DNA of 64,000 nt from Chiloscyllium plagiosum. Lineage: Eukaryota. The stretch is taken from the NCBI RefSeq assembly GCF_004010195.1, contig NC_057711.1, positions 77,910,560-77,974,559 of the forward strand, read 5' to 3'. The notes under the pieces are model-generated. The model did not search any database. It had not been told where the DNA came from and worked only from the letters and a program-made list of their open reading frames with translations. Numbering within the stretch: position 1 is the stretch's first letter; every line of letters begins with the position of its first letter. Shown here in pieces: positions 26,375-37,590 of this stretch. A program made the position numbers and the translations under genes.

Positions 26375-26754
26375 GAGGAGGGTGTGCCAAGCAGGCTAAG
26401 ATAAAATGTAGGGAGGAGGGACTTGGGGGAGGGGCGTTGGGAATGCGATAGGTGGAAGGAGGTTAAGGTGAGGGTGATAGGGCGGAGTGCGGGTGGGGGC
26501 GGAGAGGTTGGGAAGAAGATTGCAGGTCAAGAAGGCGGTGCTGAGTCCGAGGATTGGGACTGAGAAAAGGTGGGGAGAGGGGAAATGAGGAAGCTGGAGA
26601 AATCCGCATTCATCCCCTGTGGCTGGAGGGTTCCTAGGCAGGAGATGAGCTGCTCTTCCTCCAGGCGTTGTGTGGCCAGGGTCTGGCGATGGAGGAGGCC
26701 AAGGACCTGCATGTCCTTGGCGGAGTGGGAGGGGGAGTTAAAGTGTTCAGCCAC

Positions 26755-27506
26755 NNNNNNNNNNNNNNNNNNNNNNNNNNNNNNNNNNNNNNNNNNNNNN
26801 NNNNNNNNNNNNNNNNNNNNNNNNNNNNNNNNNNNNNNNNNNNNNNNNNNNNNNNNNNNNNNNNNNNNNNNNNNNNNNNNNNNNNNNNNNNNNNNNNNNN
26901 NNNNNNNNNNNNNNNNNNNNNNNNNNNNNNNNNNNNNNNNNNNNNNNNNNNNNNNNNNNNNNNNNNNNNNNNNNNNNNNNNNNNNNNNNNNNNNNNNNNN
27001 NNNNNNNNNNNNNNNNNNNNNNNNNNNNNNNNNNNNNNNNNNNNNNNNNNNNNNNNNNNNNNNNNNNNNNNNNNNNNNNNNNNNNNNNNNNNNNNNNNNN
27101 NNNNNNNNNNNNNNNNNNNNNNNNNNNNNNNNNNNNNNNNNNNNNNNNNNNNNNNNNNNNNNNNNNNNNNNNNNNNNNNNNNNNNNNNNNNNNNNNNNNN
27201 NNNNNNNNNNNNNNNNNNNNNNNNNNNNNNNNNNNNNNNNNNNNNNNNNNNNNNNNNNNNNNNNNNNNNNNNNNNNNNNNNNNNNNNNNNNNNNNNNNNN
27301 NNNNNNNNNNNNNNNNNNNNNNNNNNNNNNNNNNNNNNNNNNNNNNNNNNNNNNNNNNNNNNNNNNNNNNNNNNNNNNNNNNNNNNNNNNNNNNNNNNNN
27401 NNNNNNNNNNNNNNNNNNNNNNNNNNNNNNNNNNNNNNNNNNNNNNNNNNNNNNNNNNNNNNNNNNNNNNNNNNNNNNNNNNNNNNNNNNNNNNNNNNNN
27501 NNNNNN
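26755..27506. other. Assembly gap (752 N)
   Basis: Run of N. Confidence 1.
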
Positions 27507-27996
27507 ATGGACTGTTCCACATATCCAACGAAGAGGCAGGCATTGCTAGGGCCCATGCGGGTGCCCATGGCTACTCCTTTGGTTTGGAGGAAGTGGGAGG
27601 ATTGGAAGGAGAAGTTGTTAAGAGTGAGGACCAGTTCAGTCAGTCGAAGGAGAGTATCAGTGGAAGGGTACTGGTTGGTTCGGCGGGAAAGGAAGAAACG
27701 GAGGGCTTTGAGGCCTTCGTGATGGGGGATGGAGGTGTATAGGGACTGGATATCCATGGTGAAGATAAGGCGTTGGGGGCCGGGGAAGCGAAAGTCATGG
27801 AGGAGGTGGATGGCTTGGGTAGTGTCCCGAACGTAGGTGGGGGGTTCTTGGAATAAGGAGGACAGGACCGTGTCAAGGTATGCAGAAATGTGTTTGGTGG
27901 GGCAGGAGCAGGCTGAGACAATGGGTTGGCCGGGGTAGTCAGGTTTGTTGTGAATGTAACTTGCCCTGTATCAACCCAAGTCTGAGTATTGTCCAG

Positions 27997-28167
27997 AGCT
28001 GAAAATGTGTTGCTGGAAAAGCGCAGCAGATCAGGCAACATCCAAGGACAGGAGAATCGACGTTTCGGGCATAAGCCCTTCTTCAGGATGCTGCTTGACC
28101 TGCTGCACTTTTCCAGCAACACATTTTCAGCTCTGATCTCCAGCATCTGCAGCTCTCACTTTCTCCT
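27997..28167. mobile_element. Palindromic non-autonomous PLE derivative (family A) with an intact hammerhead core on minus (28056-28089)
   Basis: Inverted arms agagctgaaaatgtgttgctggaaaag / cttttccagcaacacattttcagctct. TSD tga(g/a)tattgtccag at 27983-27996 and 28168-28181. Confidence 0.88.
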
Positions 28168-28699
28168 TGAATATTGTCCAGCATTTGAACTGCTTCAGTA
28201 ATTGAGGTAATTGGATGGTTAAGATTAAGCAATCATTGGTGAGCATGCCCACTTTCGACCTTATGATGGAGGGAAGGTTATTGATGAAGCAACTGAAGAT
28301 GACTGAGCCTAGGACACTACCCTGAAGAGCTCCTGCAAAGATGTCCTAGAGCTGAGATGACTGACCTCCAACAACCACAGACATTTTCTGTTGTGCCAGG
28401 TATGACTTCAACCACTGGAGAGTTGGTCCCCTGAGTCCTATTGATTTCAATTTTGCTAGGGCTCATTGAGGCCAAGGGCAGTCACTCTTGCCTCAAGTCT
28501 GGAAATCAGCTCTCTTGTCTAAGTTTGAACCAAGGCTGGAATGAGATCAGGGGCTAAGTGGCCCTCGTAGAACCCAAAATGGGTATTAGTAAGGAGATTA
28601 TTGCTGAATAGGTGCTGCTTGATAGTAGTGTTGATGACACATTCCATTGTTTTACTGATGATCAAGAGTAGACTGAATAGTTGGTAATTGGTTGTGTTC

Positions 28700-29865
28700 G
28701 ATTTGAATTGAATTGAATTGAATTTATTGTTACATGTACCGAGGCACAGCTAAAAGCTTTGTCTTGCAAACAGTACAGGCAGATCACGTAGTTAAGTAGC
28801 ATAGATAAGTAAATAATAGGTAAACAGCGGCAAAAACAAAAACACAGGTACGGACTAATGTTAAGAGTTTGAGAGTCCATTCAGTATTCTAACAACAGTA
28901 GGATAGAAACTGTTATGAAACCTGCTGATGCATGTGTTCAGGCTTCTGTACCTTCTCCCCGATGATAGAGCTCGTGGAAAAACATTGCCAGGGTGGGATG
29001 GATCTTTGAGAATGCTGGCGGCCTTTCCTTGACAGTGGGCCTGGTAGATAGATTCTATAGATGGGAGGTTGGCCTTTGTGATTGTCCGAGCCGAGTTCAC
29101 CACTCTCTGTAACTGTCTTTGATCTTGAACGGTCCGGTTGTCATACCACGTAGTGATACATCCAGACAGAGTGCTTTCGATGGTGCACATATAAAAGTTG
29201 GCAAGGGTATTCGCCGTCATGCCAAATTTCCTCAGCTGCCTGAGGAAGAAGAGACGTTGTTGGGCCTTTGAAACCAGTGTGTTCATGTGAAGAGTCCAAG
29301 AAAGCTTGTTGTGGATGACCACTCCCAGGAGCTTGACACTCCACTCGGTTCACCTCTGTGCTGTTAATGTGTAGGGGGGCATGAGTAACATCCCACCGAA
29401 AGTCAGTAATGAGTTCCGTGGTTTTGCTGGCATTGAGAGCTAGGTTGTTCTCAGTGCACCATTTTTCCAGGTGTTCCACCTCCTGTCTATGGTTTGTTTC
29501 GTCGCCATTGGGCGGCACGATGGCACAGTGGTTAGCACTGCTGCCTCACAGCACCAGAGACCCGGGTTCAATTCCCGCCTCAGGCGACTGACTGTGTGGA
29601 GTTTGCACGTTCTCCACATGTCTGCGTGGGTTTCCTCCGGGTGCTCTGGTTTCCTCCCACAGTCCTAAAGATGTGCAGGTCAGGTGAATTGGCCATGCTA
29701 AATTGCCCGTAGTGTTAGTTAAGGGGTAGATGTAGGGGTATGGGTGGGTTGCGCTTCGGCGGGGCGGTGTGGACTTGTTGGGCCGAAGGGCCTGTTTCCA
29801 CACTGTAAGTAATCTAATCTAATCTAATCATCTGAGATTTGACCAACAATGGTGGTGTCATCATT
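28700..29865 (-). mobile_element. Rex1/Babar-type LINE 3' part with (TTCAA)n tail, interrupted by HE1
   Basis: KAQQRLFFLRQLRKF...IESTLSGCITTWY...SFYPTVVRILN (28861-29322). DDTTIVG at about 29850. Confidence 0.88.
29511..29830 (+). mobile_element. Young full-length HE1 SINE with (TAATC)n tail
   Basis: Complete head, core and tail. Very similar to the reverse complement of 59543-59860. Confidence 0.95.
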
Positions 29866-30240
29866 TGTTCTGCTTTTTCTGTACAGGACATGATAGGGAA
29901 ATTTTCCACATTGTCTGATAGATGCTAGTGTTGGAGCTGTGCTCAAGCAGCTTGACTAGGGGGCGAGACAAATTCTGGAGCACAAGTCTTCAGTATTATT
30001 GCCGGAATATTATCCATAACATTTGCAATATCCAGTACATCCTAACTGTTTCTTGATATTACGTGGAATGAATTGAATTTGCTGAAGACTGGTATCAGTG
30101 AAACTGGGAAACACTGGAGGAGGCTAAGGCGGGTTTTCCGCTCAGTACCTTTGTTGTTATAGAGTCATAGCGATATACAGAATGGAAATAGACCCTTCGG
30201 TACAACTTGTCCATGTAGACCAAAAATATCCTATATAAAT

Positions 30241-31180
30241 TAGGGTGTAGCTTTGCTCGCTGAGCTGTAGGTTTGATATCCAGACGTTTCATTACCTGGC
30301 TAGGTAACATCATCAGTGGCGACCTCCAAGTGAAGCGAAGCTGTTGTCTCCTGCTTTCTATTTATATGTTTGTCCTGGATGGGGTTCCTGTGGTTTGTGG
30401 TGATGTCATTTCCTGTTCGTTTTCTGAGGGGTTGATACATGGTATCTAGATCTATGTGTTTGTTTATGGCGTTGTGGTTGGAGTGCCAGGCCTCTAGGAA
30501 TTCTCTGGCATGTCTTTGCTTAGCCTGTCCCAACGCTGACCAAATATTTAACTATACCAGCAACCATCCCAACAGACACAAATGAAGCTGTATCAGAACA
30601 CTATTCCAACGAGCCACCACATACTGCAGCACAGACAAACTTCGGAAAACAGAGGAGAATCACCTATACAACGTATTCAAGAAGAACAGATACTCAAAAA
30701 ATACAGTCCGCAGATTCCTCAAGAACAAACCATGACATGCAGACCAAACACATCCAGAAACCCTAACCACCTTATATCAAAAGAAGTTTCAGCAATGACA
30801 GCCAGACTATTAAGACCCCTCGAATCCTAGTAGCACGCAAACCCACCAACACTCTCAAACAAAAACTAACAAACTTAAAAGACTCAGTACAACCCATGGA
30901 CAAAACCAACGTCATCTACAAAATTCCATGCAAGAGCTGCCACAATCACTACGTAGGACAAACAGGAAGAAAGTGAGTCACCAGGATACACGAACACCAG
31001 CTAGCCACAAAAAGACACGACCCTCTCTCCCTTATAGCCCTACACACGGATGAGAAAAATCACCAATTCTACTGGGACAACACATCTATCCTGGGACAGG
31101 CTCAGCAAAGACGTCAGAGAATTCCTCAAAGCCTGGCACTCCAACCAAAATGCCATAAACAAACACAGATCTAGATACCA
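30241..31180. mobile_element. Penelope-like element, second family: inverted pLTR (30241-30531, minus) joined to a GIY-YIG segment (30532-31180, plus)
   Basis: NVIYKIPCKSCHNHYVGQTGRK..TRIHEH on plus. GQAKQRHAREFLEAWHS on minus. Inverted repeat at about 30440-30531 vs 31093-31180. Confidence 0.9.
30280..30319 (-). ncRNA. Minimal type I hammerhead ribozyme motif (intact core, 7-bp stem II, 3-bp stem I)
   Basis: Minus strand: CCA CTGATGA T GTTACCT-AGCC-AGGTAAT GAAAC GTC TGG. Confidence 0.72.
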
Positions 31181-31495
31181 TCTATTATCTGCAAACTTAT
31201 TAACCATACCTTTTATATTCATATCCAAATCATTTATATAAAAGCAGAGGACCAGCACCTATCTTTGTTGCACACCACTGGTCACAGACCTCCAGTCTGT
31301 AAAGCAACCCTCCACTACCGGCCTCTGCCTTCTACCTTCGAGCCAATTCTGGATCCAAATGGCTAGGTCGCCCTGTATTCCATGTGTTAACTAATCTACC
31401 ATGAGGAATTTTGTTGAACATCTTACTGAAGTCCATATAGATCACATCCACTGCTCTGCCCTCATCAGTTCTCTTCATTACTTCTGCAAAAAAAC
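31181..31495 (-). mobile_element. CR1/HER1 RT fragment (its 3' tail lies at about 30158-30240)
   Basis: DEGRAVDVIYMDFSK.FNKIPHGRL; YINDLD...NKFAD. Confidence 0.85.
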
Positions 31496-31674
31496 TGCTT
31501 AAAAGATGACAAACTATATGTGGAAACTCATGAATAAAGTACATATTTTCAGTTTTATATGTGGCTGTTAAGTGGTGAGGTGCAACTGTAGTCAATTTAA
31601 TTTGTGATTTGGAGTGAATAAGAAATATGTATCATTTGAAATTGTTCTTTCCTGTTAACTTTCATCATGTACAG

Positions 31675-31835
31675 CTCCTGAAGGCCACACTCGTGCAGAC
31701 AAAATTCCATTAACTAAGTTAGGCCGTCGAATGTATACTGTTTTGCATGAGGAATCAACCGTTGAACGATCCATTGTATGTCAGATTGATGCAGTACGAG
31801 GAAGCAAGAGAATAACCATCCGTTCTCCTGTTCAG
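31675..31835 (+). CDS. VPS13A: VPS13A coding exon (phase 1-0): (T)PEGHTRADKIPLTKLGRRMYTV...RSIVCQIDAVRGSKRITIRSPVQ
   Basis: catgtacag / gtatac, 161 nt. Motifs ADKIPLTK.GRR and KK/R.TIRSPVQ. Phase fits both neighbours. Confidence 0.95.
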
Positions 31836-32429
31836 GTATACTGTTCATGTTAACTTTGTATTTCTTATAGAACTTGGCTGCTATTTAAACATGTGAAAGC
31901 TTTTAATGCATGGTAATCCCTTCTTAGTCGTGTTTCTTCTTACGTCTATATGTTTTGAGAAAAATATGAACATAAAATGGAGTAAAACAGAAACCCAAGT
32001 TGGCTTATACCTATATATTGGGTTATATATGGAAATAATCCCCATACAAGATTCTCATCGTGTTTTCCTGACATAGGCAACCATGGCATCCAGTCTTGAG
32101 TTTTTCAAATTTAAAAGACGACAGCCAATAAGGACTGCAATATTCAACCACTTTGAATGAATTAATTTAACTGGGCATGTTTAGGTCACCTGAGATATCC
32201 TAGTGGCTTCAATTGCAGAAAATTTAATAGATCAGGGCAATGATTATTTTTATGTCATGTTTTGTAGAATAAAACAAAAACGTACAGTATATTTCCTGGA
32301 GGAATCTGAGACCTTTTTGAATAACAGTAATTGATAAAGTTCTGGCCAATCTTAGTCCTTCAATGAACAACATAAACACATTATATGTACATGGCATCAT
32401 CACATTGCACTTTGTGGGAGTTGTTATAC

Positions 32430-34540
32430 AGTCAGAGAGATATACAGCATGGAAGCAGACTCTTCAGTCCAACTCATCCATGCCGACCAGATATCCTAAA
32501 TAAATCCAGTCCCATTTGCCAGCATTTGACCCATATCCCTCTAAATCCTTCCTAATCATATACCTGTCCAGATGCTTTTTAAATGTTGTAATTGTACCAG
32601 CCTCAACCACTTCATCTGGCAGCTCATTCCTTGCACACACCCTTTGCGTGAAAACATTGCCCCTTAGGTCCATTTAAAAACTCCGTCCCCCCCTCCCCCT
32701 CACCTTAAACCTTTCCCCTCTAGTTTTGAACTCAACTACACCAGGGAAAAGACCTTGTCTGTATACCCTATTCATGTCCTTCATGATTTTATAAATTCTA
32801 TAAGGTCACCCCTCAGTCTCTGACATTCTAGGGAAAATAACCTCAGTCTGTTAGTCTCTCTACAGTTCAAACCCTCCAATCCTGGCAACATCCTTGTAAA
32901 TCTTTTCTGTACCCTTTCAAATTTCACAACACCCTTCCCATAGCAGGGAGACCAGATTTGAATGCAGTATTCCAGTAGTGGCCTAACCAGTGTCTTGTAC
33001 CACTGCAACATGACTTCCCAACTCCCATACTCAATGCACTGACCAATAAAGGCAATGATACCAAACGCCGCCTTCATTATCCTGTCTACCTGAGACTCCA
33101 CTTTCAAAGACCTATGAACCTGCACTTTAAGGTCTCTTTGTTCAGCAACATTCCCCAGGCCCTTACCATAAAGTGTATAAGTCCTGTCCTGATTTGCCTT
33201 CCCAAAATGCAGTATATCACTTACAGGTAGTTCTCATATAATGTCATAGTTACGTTCCCGTGTGACACTGTGTTATAGTAAATCGTGCAATAGAAATAAT
33301 GGAGCCTGCAAGAAAAACAAAGTTGGGGTGAACCACCAAAAAAAACAGTGAAAATCAAAACAAAAGTAGTAGTTGGCCTAACAAATGATAGCACAGTCTA
33401 AGTAAATTTTGACCTGTTGTGTGACCTTTTGTATGGTACTGTATAATGCATTTAATCAGAATCTTCAACTGATTACTCTCGATTGGCATCTGTACCTACT
33501 GGCTGCACTACATTCTAATCAGTCTTCTGATTCCATCCAATGGGAACACTGAACAAGTCAGATTCCAGAGCCTTGGTAGATCAAGGACTCGATCTCAATT
33601 TTTCTTTTGCTACATGTCAGTTTTGTCAAGTCTGTTGGAGGGTTTCACATCCTGATGCTTGGGGATGTCTGTCACCTTTATTTTGCAATACCTGCCTGAT
33701 TTATTAGCTACCCCACCCTTTGACCCTCTCACATTCTAGCACTGTCATACCATGTACCATTTCCAAACCAACTCACCACTTCCTAGCTATCCCAGAATTG
33801 AGCAACGCCCGTGGTGCAGTACCATCTTTAAAAGGATATTGTATACCTAGACAGGAGCTGTCAGTGCGGAGCTGCCTTGCATAGTTCCTGACATTGGCCC
33901 TGGATGTGGCAGACAATGGAACATTGGTGCTTCTCCTTGTGGGTGAGGACATGGAGATGCTGCTGATGGAGATGGAGTGATACAAAGGCAGAATGTCCTA
34001 TTCTCCCAGTCCAACAGAGGATCCCATTCTACCAGAACCACGCCAACTTGGACCAGGGTTACCATCCAGGCCACTGCAGTCTCGACCATCTGAGGGAATG
34101 CACAGAATGTAGGAAGAAGATCAGTGATCTTCTCCACTCTGCCAATGAAAGTGCCACCAAGTGATGCTGACGCAGAATCCAGTCTTCCATGCACCGTGAC
34201 ATCTAGTGCCAGGAATGAGAATTGCATAACAGCAAACGGGAGTTTGCTTTACTTAAAAAAAAAGTCGGCAATTCACAGACAAGTCACTTTTGATGAAGGT
34301 GTGTTATAGGAAAACAAACTATCTAAATTAAAATCCATCTGCCACTCCTCGGCCCATTAGCCCATCTGATCAAGATCTTGTTCTACTCTGAGGTAACCTT
34401 TTTCGCTGTACACTACACCCCAATTTTGATGTCACCTGCAAACTTACTAACTATACCTCCTATGTTCACATTCAAATCATTTATATAAATGATGAAAGCC
34501 AGTGGACCCAGCATTGATTCTTGTTGAAAACTGCTGGTTG
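32430..34540 (-). mobile_element. CR1/HER1 LINE 3' part, split by a TIR element at 33224-34315
   Basis: YKTLVRPLLEYCIQIWSP...FERVQKRFTRM (32781-33125). The RT resumes at 34320. Confidence 0.88.
33224..34315. mobile_element. Tigger/mariner-like non-autonomous DNA transposon carrying a Myb/SANT-like fragment
   Basis: Left end ta|caggtagttctcatataatg. Right end gtgttataggaaaac is the partial inverted complement. The element interrupts a CR1. Confidence 0.6.
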
Positions 34541-35108
34541 TGTGCAAATTGCCCCATTTCCTATATTACAACAGTGATTCCACCTCAAGAATATCCCATT
34601 GATGGTTTATTGCCTTTAAACATCTGTTCATTGTGAAATGCGATATTTAAAACTAATTTAAAAAAAATATATCTGTATTCTTTCAATCTGCCTGCCTGGT
34701 CTCGATTGGCCTGGCTGCCTGTTCTAATTTGTTTTGCCTGTCCTTTTTGACTTATTCCTTTAAAGACTGGGAGGAAATTGGTACCAATGCATTTGTTTGT
34801 TTGCCGGTCAATCAACATGTCTGATGTTTTTCATTATAGTGTTGATTATCATATAAGCTTTATGCTACATCAGCATAGTTGAAGCTAGTACGATTGAACT
34901 AATTTCATTTGAAGACAACTTTTGGAAAGGAGGTACTTCACGCAGTGTTGTGTTGTATCAACACATTTTGAAGCATTATTGCACTGATATGTATCATATT
35001 GGTATGGGGTTCCCATTAATGATGCAAATATGCTATTTGGATATAGTTGGAAACTGTTTATTGGATTTATAATGTTTTAATTGAATTCAACCTTTATTTA
35101 AATTACAG

Positions 35109-35224
35109 ATTAAGAACCATTTTTCAGTACCTTTCAATGTATTTGAAGATTTGGAGTCTTATCAGAAGATACTTGGTACAATACATCCAAATGAAGAGTT
35201 CAATGTTCCTTTGCTCTCTTATAG
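35109..35224 (+). CDS. VPS13A: VPS13A coding exon (phase 0-2): IKNHFSVPFNVFEDLESYQKILGTIHPNEEFNVPLLSY(R)
   Basis: aattacag / gtaaaa, 116 nt. Matches I.NHFSVP...EFN.PL.SYR. Confidence 0.93.
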
Positions 35225-35504
35225 GTAAAATCTCTTTCTAAGCATAGTATTTTGTAAGGAACAATTTGCATGAAGTTAAAAAGTATTCTTATGTTATAGC
35301 ATTGATGCAAGAATCTGAGAGATAATTAATTTCTTATCACTTATTTAAAGCTGAAACTAATTTGTTTTACTTGTTTTTGATTGGACAAGGGTGCTTTTAC
35401 TAAAATAGCTTCACTCAGTTGTGCAAGTGTGTTGGAGATCTGCTGTTGTGATATGCTATACTTTTCTGACTTGGGGTGGTCTCCTCATCCACTGCAGTTG
35501 ACTG

Positions 35505-35750
35505 CAACAAAGACAGAAATTACTGAAGAAACTCAGTAGATTTTGGCAGCATCTGTGGAGAGAAAGGAGCGTCACTGCATTGGTTCCAGTGCTACCTCAG
35601 TTAATGTTTCGTGTTCAGTATGATTCTTCTTCAGAACTGGGAGAACAAAATGGAAAAGCCAAACTAGAATTGAAACTCTGCATCTCTTTCTATAGATGCA
35701 GCCAGACTTGCAGATGTTCTCCAGTATTGATGTTGGACTTTTCTTGTTAG
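35505..35750. mobile_element. Palindromic PLE-derived short element, family B
   Basis: gaaactcagtag...ggcagcatctgtggagagaaa / tctttctatagatgcagccagacttgc...ttctccag. Confidence 0.6.
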
Positions 35751-35789
35751 CACGTCCTTTAGCACATGCTAACATATCCTTGTACACCA

Positions 35790-36770
35790 GTCAATGAAAA
35801 TAAGCATGTTCATATAGCACACAGTGAAGAATTGGTATGTTGGCTGTCCTAGTGAGAGAATGTGAGCACAGGAGCAAGGATGTCTTGTTACACTTCACTA
35901 TTATTACTGTGCACAGCTTTGGCCTCATCTGAGGAAGGATGTTCTGGCTACGTAGAGAGTGCAACAAAGGCTTACCCAGATTGATTCCTGGGATGCTCGG
36001 ACTGACATTTAAAGAGTTTGGAATGGTTAGGACTATGCTCACTGAGCTTAGAAGAATGAGGGAAGATCTCTCAGAAACCTACAACATTCTAATGACTAGA
36101 CAAGATAAACACAAATTATGTTCCTGATGACTGACTGGGGAGTCCAGAACCAGGCTTCACAGTCTAAAAATGTAGGTCAGGCCATTTAAAACTGAGACGA
36201 GGATAAATGTCATCACTAATGGTGTGGTGAGTCTATGGAATTCTGCACCACAGAATGCAGTTGAGGTCAAAACATTGGGTGCTTTCGAGGAGATAGATAC
36301 AGTTAATCATAAATTTAGAATCGAGTCCACACCAACTTTCTGAAGAGCAGCACACCCAGACTTACCCCCTTACATTATCCCTGTAACCCTGCATTTCTCA
36401 TAGCTAATCCACCTTATCTACACATTCCTGGACACTATGGACAATTTAGCATTGCCAATCCGCCTAATCTGTATGTCTTTGGACTGTGGGAGAAAACCTG
36501 AGCATCTGACAGAAACCCACTAAGACACTTGGAGAATGTGCAAACTCCACACAGTAGTCACACAAGGGTGCTTCCTGATGCCGAGAGGCAGCAGTAGTAA
36601 CCACTAAGCCACTATGCCATACCACCCCAACCATTGAGCTACTGTGCTGCCCTTAGTTCTTGGGAATAAAGTAAAGGCACTGAGTTGGATGATCAGTTGT
36701 GGTCATATTGAATTGTAAAGTGGACTAAAAGTGCCGATTGTCCTATTCTGTGGTTAGTTTCTGTGTTTCT
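35790..36770 (+). mobile_element. CR1 LINE 3' fragment containing an HE1 SINE on minus (about 36315-36625)
   Basis: RRMREDLSETYNIL; reverse-complement HE1 core at 36420-36560. Confidence 0.8.
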
Positions 36771-37129
36771 AAAGCATTCCCTGAATGCTACTTTTCTATC
36801 ATTTTGCATCTGTTTGTTTGGCAAATGAATTGAAATCTGTGTACTCTGGTTACTTATTTTGCTGGCACTGGAAATTGTTTCTTGTTCTCAAATGAAAATC
36901 ATTCATGATTTAGACACCATTATCAAATGTCTGTTTACCCTGCTCTGCTATAAAGAGAACTACCAAAGTTTTCTTAATCTCTTCAAGTAATTTAAATATT
37001 TAATTCCATGCACCATTCTAATAAACCTCTTCTATATCTTCGCCAAGACCTTTCCTGAACTGATACAGAATTAGCCATATTATCCAGATGCAGCCTAGCC
37101 AATTTTTAAACAAAGATTGAGTGTAACTT

Positions 37130-37590
37130 TGATTTATTACTGACACGTGTACTGAGGTACAGTGCAAAACGTTGTCTTATGTACTTTACAGACAGATCAT
37201 ACTGTATTAATGCATTAGGATAACAGAACAGAGTGCAGCATGCAATGTTACACTGCCATGCAAGTCCAGAGAGAGATCAACATTAACATTAAAGAGGCCC
37301 ATTCAAAACTCTGACAAACAGCAGGGAAGAAGCTGTTCTTGAATCTGTTTGTATGTGTATACAAACTTCTGTTTCTTCTGCCCGATGGGATAGAGTATAA
37401 CCAGGAAGGGAGGTGTCTTTGTGTTGGTTGCCTTCCTGAAGCAGTGGAAGTATAGATTCAGTCAATGGATGGGAGGTCAGTTTGCATGATGGACTGGGCC
37501 ATGTTCACAACTGTCTAGTTTCTTGCAGTCTTGGGAAGAGCAATGGCCATTCTGCGTGTGATGTATCCAGATAGGATGCTTTCTATGGTG
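37130..37590 (-). mobile_element. Rex1/Babar LINE 3' fragment
   Basis: Similar to 28720-29180 (SFFPAV..LN-type end). Confidence 0.7.

Larger units (their letters stand above)
26244..27948 (-). mobile_element. Young Penelope-like element (RT, GIY-YIG, pLTR), partly within the N gap
   Basis: RT MDIQSLYTSIPH...GVAMGTRMGPS. GIY-YIG end VAEHFNSPSHS...LGTLQPQGMN. Flanking 14-bp duplication tgtgaatgt(t/a)actt at 26230-26243 and 27949-27962. Confidence 0.92.
25478..30130 (-). mobile_element. CR1-group (L2/Crack/Daphne-like) LINE hosting PLE, Rex1 and HE1 insertions
   Basis: TIYK.KVRSVMEYSPLAWMGA...LD..QDKA...SLYHR (25520-26020). RT continues through 28200-28700 and 29870-30130. Confidence 0.8.

Noticed and set aside
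26527..27757. Long ORFs (293-390 aa) in the ORF track
   Set aside because: Artefacts of reading through the 752-N gap. Only the flanking Penelope RT and GIY-YIG parts are real.
28702..28724. (TTGAA)n and (TAATC)n short repeats, also at 29810, 59543 and 61626, as CRISPR-like or satellite arrays
   Set aside because: No spacers. They are simple microsatellites, mostly LINE/SINE tails.
29511..29580. HE1 heads as tRNA genes
   Set aside because: They are tRNA-derived SINE promoters continuing into the SINE body.
31836..31845. Donor gtatactgtt as a possible U12-type intron
   Set aside because: Does not match GTATCCTT, and no U12 branch site was seen. Treated as U2.
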